A DNA stretch of 64,000 nt. Origin: an uncultured Clostridia bacterium (GTDB lineage: Bacteria > Bacillota > DTU025 > MWDF01). This document shows positions 39,460 to 51,609 of the stretch, piece by piece; positions within the stretch are counted from its first letter, which is position 1, and every line of letters starts with the position of its first letter. A model generated the notes under the pieces. The model was given only the letters and a program-made list of their open reading frames with translations. It was not told where the DNA came from and did no database searches. The stretch is from the NCBI GenBank assembly GCA_964577435.1, contig CAZNZD010000001.1, positions 7,247 to 71,246 on the forward strand, given 5' to 3'. A program made the position numbers and the translations under genes.

Positions 39460-40131
39460 ATGCCTACAGTCCTACTGAAGTTGATAGGACCGATGCAGTC
39501 CTGGGGCGTTGTCAGCCGGTTCGATCAAAGGGATACTTTCCGTGAACCCAGCAAGTCAGGTGTCATCGGCCTTGTCTGCGCAGCTATGGGGATAGACCGC
39601 TCGGATTATGGAAGGCAGTCGCCCTTGTATAGGGCAAGAATGGGAGTTAGGCATGACAGGCCCGGTACCCTAAGGTATGATTTCCAGACCGCTGCATGCA
39701 AGAAGGCGGATGTGATCATCCGAGCTGATGGCAAGCTGGCTACTGACGGCGGAGTCATCTCAAAAAGGTACTACCTAGCCGACGCCGCTTTCCTGGTTGG
39801 CCTTGAACTAGATGACCGGCTACTATTAGAAGCGATTTGTGTAGCGCTAGATAATCCCGTATGGCCTCTGTACCTGGGCAGGAAATCATACGTGCCGTCC
39901 GAGCCCGTTACTTGCAGTGACCGACCCGTTGACATGCCGTTGGTGGAGGCATTAACGAGTCATCCTGCTCTAGATGGCAGGATTGGAAGCCCGGCTGACA
40001 AGACCTTACTGCTGTCCATTGAGAATGATAGGCAGGAGGGGCTCCTAGTAATGGACCAACCGCAGGGTGCTTTGGAGGAGCGGCGCTTTTCCGCGCGCTA
40101 CCTAAAGACAGAAACAATTGTGTTGTGCTGA
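39460..40131 (+). CDS. cas5e: Cas5e/CasD
   Basis: N-terminus MPTVLLKLIGPMQSWG matches the CasD consensus. Confidence 0.85.
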   Translation: MPTVLLKLIGPMQSWGVVSRFDQRDTFREPSKSGVIGLVCAAMGIDRSDYGRQSPLYRARMGVRHDRPGTLRYDFQTAACKKADVIIRADGKLATDGGVISKRYYLADAAFLVGLELDDRLLLEAICVALDNPVWPLYLGRKSYVPSEPVTCSDRPVDMPLVEALTSHPALDGRIGSPADKTLLLSIENDRQEGLLVMDQPQGALEERRFSARYLKTETIVLC

Positions 40132-40140
40132 GGTGGAGAT

Positions 40141-40766
40141 ATGTATCTATATAGGGCGGTTCTGAATCTTAGATGCAAGGAAGTCCGAAGAGACATCTCC
40201 GATGCTTATCAGATGCATTCGACCTTATGCAGGGTTTTCTCGGAACCATCTCAGAAATGCAAGCCAGGTACTATGCTGTGGAGGCTGGAGCCCGAGAATA
40301 GCCCCAATGGAAATCCTGTTGTGCTGGTTGTTAGCAGTGAGCTCGCCAACTGGAAACGGTTGGGGATTTCAGATTGGTTGGATGGTACTCCAGATGGACC
40401 TGTTAACTTATCGGAGAGGTTCAGCAGCAGTTATTACGACAACGGATCGTTATTAAGGTTCCGGCTAAGGGCCAATCCGAGTTACTGCTCTGTGGGAAAG
40501 AGACATGCATTAAGAGCGCCTGAGAAGCAGGCTGACTGGATGAACAGGCAGGCAGAGAAATGGGGATTTGAGATTGTCAGCCAATTAGTCAGCCATCAGG
40601 CTGATATCCGAGGCGGAACCCGGGCGGGCGACCCGATTATAGTGTTCTCTGCATTATATGACGGTATGCTCAGAGTTCGTGACAAGGATAGGTTGGTCGA
40701 GGCCATGCTGCATGGAATTGGACACGGCAAGGCTTTGGGATTGGGCCTCTTAACGGCGGCTCCACA

Positions 40767-40770
<4 letters not shown>
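40141..40770 (+). CDS. cas6e: Cas6e/CasE crRNA endoribonuclease
   Basis: C-terminal glycine-rich loop GIGHGKALGLGLL. 209 aa. Confidence 0.85.
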
Positions 40771-41979
<1,209 letters not shown>

Positions 41980-42007
41980 GTTGTTATGCAGGCGATATTC
42001 TCTAAGA

Positions 42008-45000
42008 GCTTTCCCCGCAGGCGCGGGGATGAACCGCAATATGTGTAAAAACTGCAATTACGAAGTTAGCTTTCCCCGCAGGCGCGGGGATGAACCGGTC
42101 AGCGAAGAGCTCCTGGCTGATGCCAAGTAGCTTTCCCCGCAGGCGCGGGGATGAACCGTCTTTGGCGTACTGTTTGACTCCTGCGTAGTCGCTTTCCCCG
42201 CAGGCGCGGGGATGAACCGGCTAGGTCCGCATTAGCATGATCCAGCCCGCCGCTTTCCCCGCAGGCGCGGGGATGAACCGCATGAACTCCAGGTTCGAGC
42301 ACTTCGTTCAGAGCTTTCCCCGCAGGCGCGGGGATGAACCGTACACGGCCTCCCATCACGCTGGTGACAATCCGCTTTCCCCGCAGGCGCGGGGATGAAC
42401 CGTGATTTCGAGCGTCTCCCCGTCTGCTATCTCCGCTTTCCCCGCAGGCGCGGGGATGAACCGGCCGTGTCAGTCCTTCCAGGGATAGCTGAGGCGCTTT
42501 CCCCGCAGGCGCGGGGATGAACCGTCAACAACCCCAACGACGCAGGCGGGGAAACGGCTTTCCCCGCAGGCGCGGGGATGAACCGTACTCGCTTGCGGAA
42601 GCGTTAGGCATAGAGGAGCTTTCCCCGCAGGCGCGGGGATGAACCGCCTTACAACAAACTTTACGACTATATGTATAAGCTTTCCCCGCAGGCGCGGGGA
42701 TGAACCGGGGAATGAGATAGCTGCCGTCGCGGTCATGACGCTTTCCCCGCAGGCGCGGGGATGAACCGCAGTGTTGCTTGTTAGTAGAAAATGGGGAAAA
42801 GCTTTCCCCGCAGGCGCGGGGATGAACCGATCTCTCCAACCTTCTCTGCCATTCGGACCGCGCTTTCCCCGCAGGCGCGGGGATGAACCGGAAATTGACG
42901 CCTGCGCCACGGACCTGGCGGAGCTTTCCCCGCAGGCGCGGGGATGAACCGATTTCGAAACTCACGCCGTAGTAGTTGTAGAGGCTTTCCCCGCAGGCGC
43001 GGGGATGAACCGATTATCAACTTGTCCATACTCTGACCACCTCTGCTTTCCCCGCAGGCGCGGGGATGAACCGTCGCTTTACACCAGCAACGACGGCACT
43101 AACGAGCTTTCCCCGCAGGCGCGGGGATGAACCGTAGCGGTCTGCCGTTGGCTTGTCTATCTTCCAGCTTTCCCCGCAGGCGCGGGGATGAACCGACCGG
43201 CTTCAGGAACTCGGTAAGCCCGAGCCCGCTTTCCCCGCAGGCGCGGGGATGAACCGGGCAGGATGCCTGGATTGGTGGAGCTGTCAGGGCTTTCCCCGCA
43301 GGCGCGGGGATGAACCGCGGATAGTCGTATGGAGGGGGTATTCGGGCGCGCTTTCCCCGCAGGCGCGGGGATGAACCGGGTGGCGCAGGTATGCCTGAGG
43401 CCGTGGAACTGCTTTCCCCGCAGGCGCGGGGATGAACCGGCACGCTCAGCACAACATAGCAGGCAAGGCCAGCTTTCCCCGCAGGCGCGGGGATGAACCG
43501 TCCTTCTCCAACTCGGTCATCGTGTCGCCTCCGCTTTCCCCGCAGGCGCGGGGATGAACCGCGGACCGCCGGAAGCCTGTGCCTGTGGATTTCGCTTTCC
43601 CCGCAGGCGCGGGGATGAACCGGCCTTGACTATTTCGACCCTCGCCCCGGTCGTGCTTTCCCCGCAGGCGCGGGGATGAACCGCAATGAAGGAGGCGACG
43701 ACATGAACGGGCTCCGCTTTCCCCGCAGGCGCGGGGATGAACCGAACACAGGATAGACGGAGATCTGACGAAGGTGGCTTTCCCCGCAGGCGCGGGGATG
43801 AACCGTTCTTCAACGCCGTCTTCTGCGCCATCGCGTCGCTTTCCCCGCAGGCGCGGGGATGAACCGTTGGACTTTGCGATTGCGTTATACAGCCTGCCGC
43901 TTTCCCCGCAGGCGCGGGGATGAACCGTAAACGTAATCACCTGCAGGCACAGGGTCAGTGCTTTCCCCGCAGGCGCGGGGATGAACCGGTTCCTGCGCCG
44001 TCGCTCTTTATCAGCCCTGTGCTTTCCCCGCAGGCGCGGGGATGAACCGTATTGCCGCCACCTTGCACCCCTTCAGCGCATGCTTTCCCCGCAGGCGCGG
44101 GGATGAACCGAGGGGAGCGCCGATACCTTGATCTGACGCAGAGCTTTCCCCGCAGGCGCGGGGATGAACCGTCGTTGTTTTCCTCGAAAGCCTTCGCCCT
44201 GTTGCTTTCCCCGCAGGCGCGGGGATGAACCGCAAGCACTACTTCCGTAGCGATTACTGGGCTTGCTTTCCCCGCAGGCGCGGGGATGAACCGATCACGC
44301 TGAGCGGCTGAGTTCTTGCACCCTGGCTTTCCCCGCAGGCGCGGGGATGAACCGACGCTCATGGCCATACTGAAAATGAAGGCGAAGCTTTCCCCGCAGG
44401 CGCGGGGATGAACCGGTCAGTACGATGTTGACTGCCGTCGCCTGGTTGCTTTCCCCGCAGGCGCGGGGATGAACCGTACGCTGTCGGGGGAGTCGACCTC
44501 GCAGAAACGCTTTCCCCGCAGGCGCGGGGATGAACCGAGCAGATCATGAGGCGGCTGATAGAGGTTGAGGCTTTCCCCGCAGGCGCGGGGATGAACCGGC
44601 ACGAGTCGCAGAGCTGATGCTGGAACGATAGCTTTCCCCGCAGGCGCGGGGATGAACCGCTGGAATAATTCTTTATGCAACTCCTTCGCCAGCTTTCCCC
44701 GCAGGCGCGGGGATGAACCGTGTCGAAAGGCGCCCCTATTGGTACGTGGCGGGCTTTCCCCGCAGGCGCGGGGATGAACCTGAGGGGAGGTCGCCGCTGA
44801 TGGCTGATGAAAGAGCTTTCCCCGCAGGCGCGGGGATGAACCGATGAGAATGGCAAGCCCAACTACGTGACAGGCGCTTTCCCCGCAGGCGCGGGGATGA
44901 ACCGAAACTTGCCGACTTCTTCGCTGCCGCAGGGACGCTTTCCCCGCAGGCGCGGGGATGAACCGGGATTTCCGATGCCTTCTTGGACACGGCAGAAGCT

Positions 45001-48000
45001 TTCCCCGCAGGCGCGGGGATGAACCGAATTAGGCAGTCGCGAGGATTTAACGAATTGGGCTTTCCCCGCAGGCGCGGGGATGAACCGTCATTAAGCAGCC
45101 CGATGAAAGAGTTCCGCTCGCTTTCCCCGCAGGCGCGGGGATGAACCGTTGATTGCGGTTCGGATCTCTGGTATCGAGTAGCTTTCCCCGCAGGCGCGGG
45201 GATGAACCGGAGGCAAGGGCGAAGCATGGAAGACCAAGATTGCTTTCCCCGCAGGCGCGGGGATGAACCGGTTTAGCCCGATATGCTGGATGTGCTGCCA
45301 ATGCTTTCCCCGCAGGCGCGGGGATGAACCGCCCTCATACGCCCTAATTGCCTCAATCGCCGCGCTTTCCCCGCAGGCGCGGGGATGAACCGTACTTTGC
45401 GGCCTGCGTCTTTGGATTGAAAATGCTTTCCCCGCAGGCGCGGGGATGAACCGTCTGTGACGGACCAATGGTCCGCAAGTCCGAGGCTTTCCCCGCAGGC
45501 GCGGGGATGAACCGTCGGATTGTTCATCCCGACGGGTCCGAACCTAGCTTTCCCCGCAGGCGCGGGGATGAACCGGTGTACTTCTCTAGCATCAGCTCTG
45601 CCACCCTGCTTTCCCCGCAGGCGCGGGGATGAACCGGGGCGATATAATCGTGCCTGCTAAATTGAGGCGCTTTCCCCGCAGGCGCGGGGATGAACCGTAC
45701 GCAAAGGAAGGTAATCTTTGAGGTAAGTCGCTTTCCCCGCAGGCGCGGGGATGAACCGGGCGAGTAAACACCCGCCCCGTTTGCTTTATTGCTTTCCCCG
45801 CAGGCGCGGGGATGAACCGGGCATCGTAAATGCGTGACTTGGCTATTCCTTGCTTTCCCCGCAGGCGCGGGGATGAACCGGGATAGGATCTGACGGGGCG
45901 GAGGGCGGAGGCGCTTTCCCCGCAGGCGCGGGGATGAACCGTTGTGCAGACAGCAGCCGCCCGTTATCTGCTCGCTTTCCCCGCAGGCGCGGGGATGAAC
46001 CGGTAGCCATAATTACACCCCCACTATCTCGTCGGCTTTCCCCGCAGGCGCGGGGATGAACCTTGACGTAGTTCGCCACTATCTCAAGGCCATACGCTTT
46101 CCCCGCAGGCGCGGGGATGAACCGGAGCTTGTCGACGTTGGCCTTGTTGCAGGCGTGCTTTCCCCGCAGGCGCGGGGATGAACCGTGGTCTGCGGCACGC
46201 TCCTTCTCGGTGTGGTTGCTTTCCCCGCAGGCGCGGGGATGAACCGTCCTCGCCACCTGCTGAACTGAAAGCTCCGGGGCTTTCCCCGCAGGCGCGGGGA
46301 TGAACCGGTGCTGGACAGCAGGAGCAAGGGCGGTGCGGTGCTTTCCCCGCAGGCGCGGGGATGAACCGGGTTCGACCTGCCTCAGCTTCTCGTTGCCGTT
46401 GCTTTCCCCGCAGGCGCGGGGATGAACCGTTGAACGGCGTGAACCGCGACACGCCGAGCTCGCTTTCCCCGCAGGCGCGGGGATGAACCGATGGAGGATT
46501 TGCAATTTCGGGGATTATCAATGCTTTCCCCGCAGGCGCGGGGATGAACCGGTTCCTCCCGCACGCTTCGCCTGCCACGCAGCGCTTTCCCCGCAGGCGC
46601 GGGGATGAACCGATTATAATAGGGTTAGATGCTATGAGAAGGAGGCTTTCCCCGCAGGCGCGGGGATGAACCGTGGGATGCAATCGTGGCCACCATCGGG
46701 GGCAAGCTTTCCCCGCAGGCGCGGGGATGAACCGGATGTTCGTAGTTCACGTGACGCCTAAGCACTGCTTTCCCCGCAGGCGCGGGGATGAACCGGGCAG
46801 GTCCTTCTCAGAACCTGCCCTTGAGTCGCTTTCCCCGCAGGCGCGGGGATGAACCGTCCCTTAATCAGATAACGGACCTCCAGAAGCAGCTTTCCCCGCA
46901 GGCGCGGGGATGAACCGTGCAGGGAAAAGAAAAAGGCAGGGGTTGACCCGCTTTCCCCGCAGGCGCGGGGATGAACCGTATCTTTCCTTCTTCTCCCTTC
47001 CCCATTGTTCGCTTTCCCCGCAGGCGCGGGGATGAACCGCTCTCTATTTGTATTTCAGACGACTCCATCAGGCTTTCCCCGCAGGCGCGGGGATGAACCA
47101 GCTGCATCGCACGCTGATACAGCGGCACCCACGCTTTCCCCGCAGGCGCGGGGATGAACCGCACTCTAGGAAAGGCTCTGGCAGGGGCAGCCCGCTTTCC
47201 CCGCAGGCGCGGGGATGAACCGCATTGGAAACCTCCTTAATTCTGCATCTGATTGCTTTCCCCGCAGGCGCGGGGATGAACCGACCCGAGGCGACAAACA
47301 GGTTGAACTGAAAAAGCTTTCCCCGCAGGCGCGGGGATGAACCGGGAAAAGACGGAGCTGGAGCTCAAGCGCGAGGGCTTTCCCCGCAGGCGCGGGGATG
47401 AACCGGCGGGCAAACTCGCAGCAGCCAGCCCTGGCACGCTTTCCCCGCAGGCGCGGGGATGAACCGATGCTGAATAATGGCGTTAACCCTGCGGACCGGC
47501 TTTCCCCGCAGGCGCGGGGATGAACCGCACTAAAAGCAGAGCCCTTGAACATTGCTCAGGCTTTCCCCGCAGGCGCGGGGATGAACCGGCTTCAGGGATG
47601 GCCACTGCCAGGAACATGTCGCTTTCCCCGCAGGCGCGGGGATGAACCGATGCTCTTCGCCCATTCGAGATGAAAATCGACGCTTTCCCCGCAGGCGCGG
47701 GGATGAACCGCTCCTTCTGACCTTCATCAAGCAGCAGGGCTGGCTTTCCCCGCAGGCGCGGGGATGAACCGGCCCCGCCGGAGAGCAGGGGCCACAGGGC
47801 ATAGCTTTCCCCGCAGGCGCGGGGATGAACCGCTCACGGACGCTGGGTACGTAACGGGCGGGCAGCTTTCCCCGCAGGCGCGGGGATGAACCGTTACCTC
47901 CCTAAGCATGATGCCCTCTGTGCCGGCTTTCCCTGCAGGCGCGGGGATGAACCGGAGGTGCAGGCATGTCAACCTATAACGCCCTTGCTTTCCCCGCAGG

Positions 48001-48381
48001 CGCGGGGATGAACCGCTGCTGTCTAGCCTGTACTTGGGCTAGCCTGTGCTTTCCCCGCAGGCGCGGGGATGAACCGTCCCCTCTTTTTCATATCGGCAAC
48101 TTTGGTGTGCTTTCCCCGCAGGCGCGGGGATGAACCGTGTAAATCTTCGCCGCGGCATCCCAGCTTGCAGCTTTCCCCGCAGGCGCGGGGATGAACCGAG
48201 GAAATTTCGGCGCAAGCCGATACGGGAGGGGCTTTCCCCGCAGGCGCGGGGATGAACCGTGCCGAGGCCGCTTCTTTCGCCGTGACGCCTGGCTTTCCCC
48301 GCAGGCGCGGGGATGAACCGATGACAGCGGCGCAGTTGGGCTTAGACCTCACGCTTTCCCCGCAGGCGCGGGGATGAACCG
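42008..48381 (+). CRISPR. Type I-E CRISPR array: 105 repeats of 29 bp (GCTTTCCCCGCAGGCGCGGGGATGAACCG) and 104 spacers (103 of 32 bp, one of 33 bp)
   Basis: Every repeat start was located by hand. The period is 61 bp throughout, except 62 bp between 44753 and 44815. The repeat has the I-E palindrome CCCCGC...GCGGGG and the 3' ...GGGGATGAACCG. Orientation follows the cas operon, so the leader is on the cas2 side. Confidence 0.97.
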
Positions 48382-48433
48382 AGGAACAGCTGACTCTTAA
48401 TCAGTAGCTCTTGCTTCTTGGTAATCTCTGTAC

Positions 48434-48472
48434 AAAAAACAAGTGAGTCGAGGTATTAACTCGACTCACTTG
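48434..48472 (-). terminator. rho-independent terminator of the tRNA-Met/tRNA-Lys transcription unit
   Basis: Perfect 13-bp stem CAAGTGAGTCGAG / CTCGACTCACTTG with a 7-nt loop. On the minus strand it is followed by TTTTTTGT. Confidence 0.55.
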
Positions 48473-48487
48473 TCTTGCTTCTATTAC

Positions 48488-48563
48488 TGGTACGCCACCG
48501 GGGACTCGAACCCCGGACCCACTGATTAAGAGTCAGTTGCTCTACCAACTGAGCTAGTGGCGC
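48488..48563 (-). tRNA. tRNA-Lys (anticodon CTT), CCA encoded
   Basis: Cloverleaf folded by hand. D-arm GCTCAGTTGGTAGAGC, anticodon stem-loop ACTGA-CTCTTAA-TCAGT, and T-arm CGGGGTTCGAGTCCCCG. Confidence 0.8.
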
Positions 48564-48639
48564 ATGAAAACTTACCTTCTTAAATTACCACAATACTTAC
48601 TTGATTATCAACATCAACCGGTTCCCCGGAGAATTATCT

Positions 48640-48715
48640 TGGTAGCGGCGACTGGATTTGAACCAGTGACACTGCAGGTATGAGCCGCATGCTCTGCCAA
48701 CTGAGCTACGCCGCC
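48640..48715 (-). tRNA. tRNA-Met (anticodon CAT; elongator, initiator or Ile-lysidine type not resolved), CCA encoded
   Basis: Cloverleaf with anticodon loop CTCATAC and T-arm ACTGGTTCAAATCCAGT. Confidence 0.75.
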
Positions 48716-48729
48716 ACAGCGCAAAAACT

Positions 48730-48758
48730 ATGTTACCGAATCACCGAAGATAAGTCAA
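48730..48758 (-). promoter_or_regulatory. sigma-70-like promoter for the tRNA operon
   Basis: On the minus strand, TTGACT-17 bp-TAACAT located about 15 bp upstream of the tRNA-Met 5' end. Confidence 0.4.
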
Positions 48759-48812
48759 TCAATGCCAAGCTGGGATTGTGCTATTTATCCAAATGAACTG
48801 GCTTTCTCCCGC

Positions 48813-50003
48813 CTATATCAACCCTAGTTCCCTACCAACCTTCTCGAACTTAGAAAGCGCAAATTCCAGATCCGCCTTGGTATGCTCAGCCGTGACAATA
48901 GTCCTTACCCTCTCCTTGCCCACCGGCACAGTCGGGAAAGCTATGCCAACAACGAAGACGCCTTCCTCGAAGAGCCTATCGGAGAGCTTCATCGTCTTCG
49001 CCCCGTCGCCCACCATAACGGGCGTAATCGGAGTCTGGCTAATGCCAGTGTCGAACCCAAGTTGCTTAAGCCCCGCCTTGAAGAGTTTAGCGTTATCCCA
49101 CAGCTTCTCGATATGCCAGGGCTCCTCCTCCAGCAGCCTGAACGCCTCCATGCAGGCCGCAGTCACAGCCGGTGGCGCCGAAGTTGAGAATAGGATAGGC
49201 CTCGCCCTCATTATCAGGTAATCTATCAGAGTCCTGGACCCGGCCACATATCCACCCACGACTCCGATTGCCTTTGACAGAGTGCCGACTTGTATGTCGA
49301 CTTGGCCATGTATGCCGAAGTGGTCAACCGTGCCGCGCCCGTTCTTCCCTAATACGCCGCTCGCATGCGCATCGTCCACCATCGTAATCGCGCCATATTC
49401 CTTCGCTATCACACACATCTCGTCCAGCTTTCCGATGTCTCCGTCCATCGAGAACACACCGTCCGTGATGACGAGCACATGAGCTCCCGCCGCCATCGCA
49501 TCCTTGCACTCTTCGAGCCTCTCCCTTAGATGCCCCATGTCCCCGTGCCTGAACACCTTTATCTCGGCCCTGGACAGCCTGCAACCGTCGATGATGCTCG
49601 CATGGTTCAGCTCATCGCTTATGATGATGTCATTCTTCCCAAGCACCGCGGAGACGGTCCCTGCGTTAGCCGTGAAACCCGACTGATACACCAGAGCGGC
49701 TTCCGTATGCTTGAACTCCGCGATCTTCCTCTCAAGATCGGTATGCCCCTCCATGGTTCCGGCGATGGTCCTCACCGCACCGGAGCCCACGCCCAGCTCC
49801 TTTACGGCCTTGTCTGCCGCTTCAATAAGCTTCGGGTGCGTGGCAAATCCCAGGTAGTTGTTTGAGGAGAGGTTCACAATCTCCTTGCCGTCGAAGATGC
49901 ACTTCGCCATCTGCCTTCCCGAAAGCACCCTCGGGTATCTGAAGAGCTTCTGCTCCTTCATCTTCGCAATCTCGTTTTCCAGGTAACCAAGTGAATAGCT
50001 CAT
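48813..50003 (-). CDS. kbl: glycine C-acetyltransferase (2-amino-3-ketobutyrate CoA ligase)
   Basis: Class-II aminotransferase-fold enzyme with the PLP-lysine context GTLSKAIG. Immediately downstream of tdh. Confidence 0.9.
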   Translation of the reverse strand: MSYSLGYLENEIAKMKEQKLFRYPRVLSGRQMAKCIFDGKEIVNLSSNNYLGFATHPKLIEAADKAVKELGVGSGAVRTIAGTMEGHTDLERKIAEFKHTEAALVYQSGFTANAGTVSAVLGKNDIIISDELNHASIIDGCRLSRAEIKVFRHGDMGHLRERLEECKDAMAAGAHVLVITDGVFSMDGDIGKLDEMCVIAKEYGAITMVDDAHASGVLGKNGRGTVDHFGIHGQVDIQVGTLSKAIGVVGGYVAGSRTLIDYLIMRARPILFSTSAPPAVTAACMEAFRLLEEEPWHIEKLWDNAKLFKAGLKQLGFDTGISQTPITPVMVGDGAKTMKLSDRLFEEGVFVVGIAFPTVPVGKERVRTIVTAEHTKADLEFALSKFEKVGRELGLI

Positions 50004-50056
50004 ACCAGCGACCCTCCCAGTCCGATTTATTCCTATCCATTACCGCCAGATTGCGC

Positions 50057-51094
50057 TCACGGGTAAAGAATGACTTTACCGCACTCCCCCGCCTTCATGA
50101 GCTCTAACCCCTTTTCTATCTCCGCAAGCGGCATCCTGTGAGTGATAAGCTGACTCAGGTCGATCCCCTTCGCCAGAAGAGCCTGCCCCTTATACCATGT
50201 ATCCCATATATGGCGGCCGTTGATGCCCTTGACCTCGATGCTCCTGAAGACTATGTCGTTTGCGATGTCAAACTCCACAGGCTTGGAAGGTATGCCAAGA
50301 AGCGCGGCCTTGCCCGCCTTCCTCAATGCCGCGAAGCCCTGCTTTATGGCGCCTGCGTTGCCGCTCATCTCAAGAAGTACATCGGCACCTCTGCCCTGCG
50401 TCATCTCCCTGACTATCGCCACTGGGTCCTTCTCCTTGGGATTGATCGCCACATCCGCGCCCAGCTTCTTTGCCAGCCCCAGCCTGTACTCGGATATGTC
50501 GGTCGCAAACACCCTCTTCGCCCCGGACAGCTTCGCCACGGGTATCGCCGCAAGGCCGATAGGACCCATGCCGGTTATCAGCACGTCCGCACCCACCAGG
50601 TCCTGCGCCAGCGCGGTGTGCACCGCGTTTCCGTAAGGGTCCTGTATCGCCGCTATCTCCGGCGACACCTCTATCTCCCACGGCCAGCATGCGGTCTCAG
50701 GCACCGCCACATACTCTGCGAAGCAGCCGTCCCTGTCCACTCCGATTATCTTCATGGTCTCGCAGATGTGCCCCATGCCCTGCCTGCAGTAGAAGCAGTG
50801 CCCGCAGGTGATGTGCGTCTCCACCGAGACGAACTGCCCCATCTTAAGCGACGCGACGCCCTCTCCCACCTCGACCACGTTCCCGCAGAACTCATGGCCG
50901 AATATAAGGGGAGTCTTTATCCTCTTCTGAGACCATTCATCCCATTCGTATATGTGTACGTCTGTGCCGCAGATTGCGGCCGCCTTCACCTTGATGAGGA
51001 CCTCGCCTCTTCTAATGCCCGGAATGGGCGCCTCGATAAGTGAACAACCTTGGCCGGGCTTAAGCTTAGCCACGGCCCTCATAGTCCCCTCCAC
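50057..51094 (-). CDS. tdh: L-threonine 3-dehydrogenase (Zn-dependent)
   Basis: MDR/ADH fold with CGTDVH and GHEFCG zinc motifs, and a GxGxxG NAD-binding site (ITGMGPIGL). Confidence 0.9.
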   Translation of the reverse strand: MEGTMRAVAKLKPGQGCSLIEAPIPGIRRGEVLIKVKAAAICGTDVHIYEWDEWSQKRIKTPLIFGHEFCGNVVEVGEGVASLKMGQFVSVETHITCGHCFYCRQGMGHICETMKIIGVDRDGCFAEYVAVPETACWPWEIEVSPEIAAIQDPYGNAVHTALAQDLVGADVLITGMGPIGLAAIPVAKLSGAKRVFATDISEYRLGLAKKLGADVAINPKEKDPVAIVREMTQGRGADVLLEMSGNAGAIKQGFAALRKAGKAALLGIPSKPVEFDIANDIVFRSIEVKGINGRHIWDTWYKGQALLAKGIDLSQLITHRMPLAEIEKGLELMKAGECGKVILYP

Positions 51095-51306
51095 AGGAGA
51101 TTCCCCCCAATCACCCTTTACAGGTTATTTGGCCTCTGCGATACCGCTTCCTCGAGACGGCGTGCCGCGGCGGGCTCCCCCGGAAGTTCGTCCAGCCGGT
51201 ATATCCCAAACCGCGCACACCTTATGGTCAACCGGTTCACTACCGTTTCACAAACTTCGCATAACAGAACAGAGCCGGCGCTTTTCATGCGCCGGCCCTT
51301 CTTTGT

Positions 51307-51531
51307 TTACTGTACCGCCTCTACCGAGACGATCTCGGGTATATGCTTCTTGAGGAGCCTCTCGATTCCCATCTTCAAAGTCATCTGGGACATCGGGCAT
51401 CCCTTGCACGCACCCTGAAGCCTGACCTTGACTATGTTCTCGGGCGTCACCTCGACTAGCTCCACGTCCCCGCCGTCCGCTTTTAGGCTGGGCCTGATCT
51501 GATCGAGGACAGCCTGTACCTTTTCAAGCAT
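51307..51531 (-). CDS. NifU-like (Nfu-type) Fe-S cluster assembly domain protein
   Basis: 74 aa with CKGCPMSQ (the CxxC motif of Nfu C-terminal domains). Confidence 0.8.
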   Translation of the reverse strand: MLEKVQAVLDQIRPSLKADGGDVELVEVTPENIVKVRLQGACKGCPMSQMTLKMGIERLLKKHIPEIVSVEAVQ

Positions 51532-51609
51532 GTCTATTCCTCCGTTTCCGTCGCGCCGCTAATGATGGCGCTTGCCACTTATTATTTTATCACCATCCGG
51601 CTCCTTTTC

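Noticed and set aside
42099-48352. About 25 minus-strand ORFs of 60-220 aa inside the CRISPR array, all containing reiterated peptides such as RFIPAPAGKA and VHPRACGES
   Set aside because: These are artefacts of translating the 29-bp repeat in a fixed frame across 61-bp units. The periodic identical peptides are not proteins.
50138-51043. 301-aa plus-strand ORF antisense to tdh
   Set aside because: tdh carries unmistakable Zn-ADH motifs; the antisense frame is an Arg-rich artefact.
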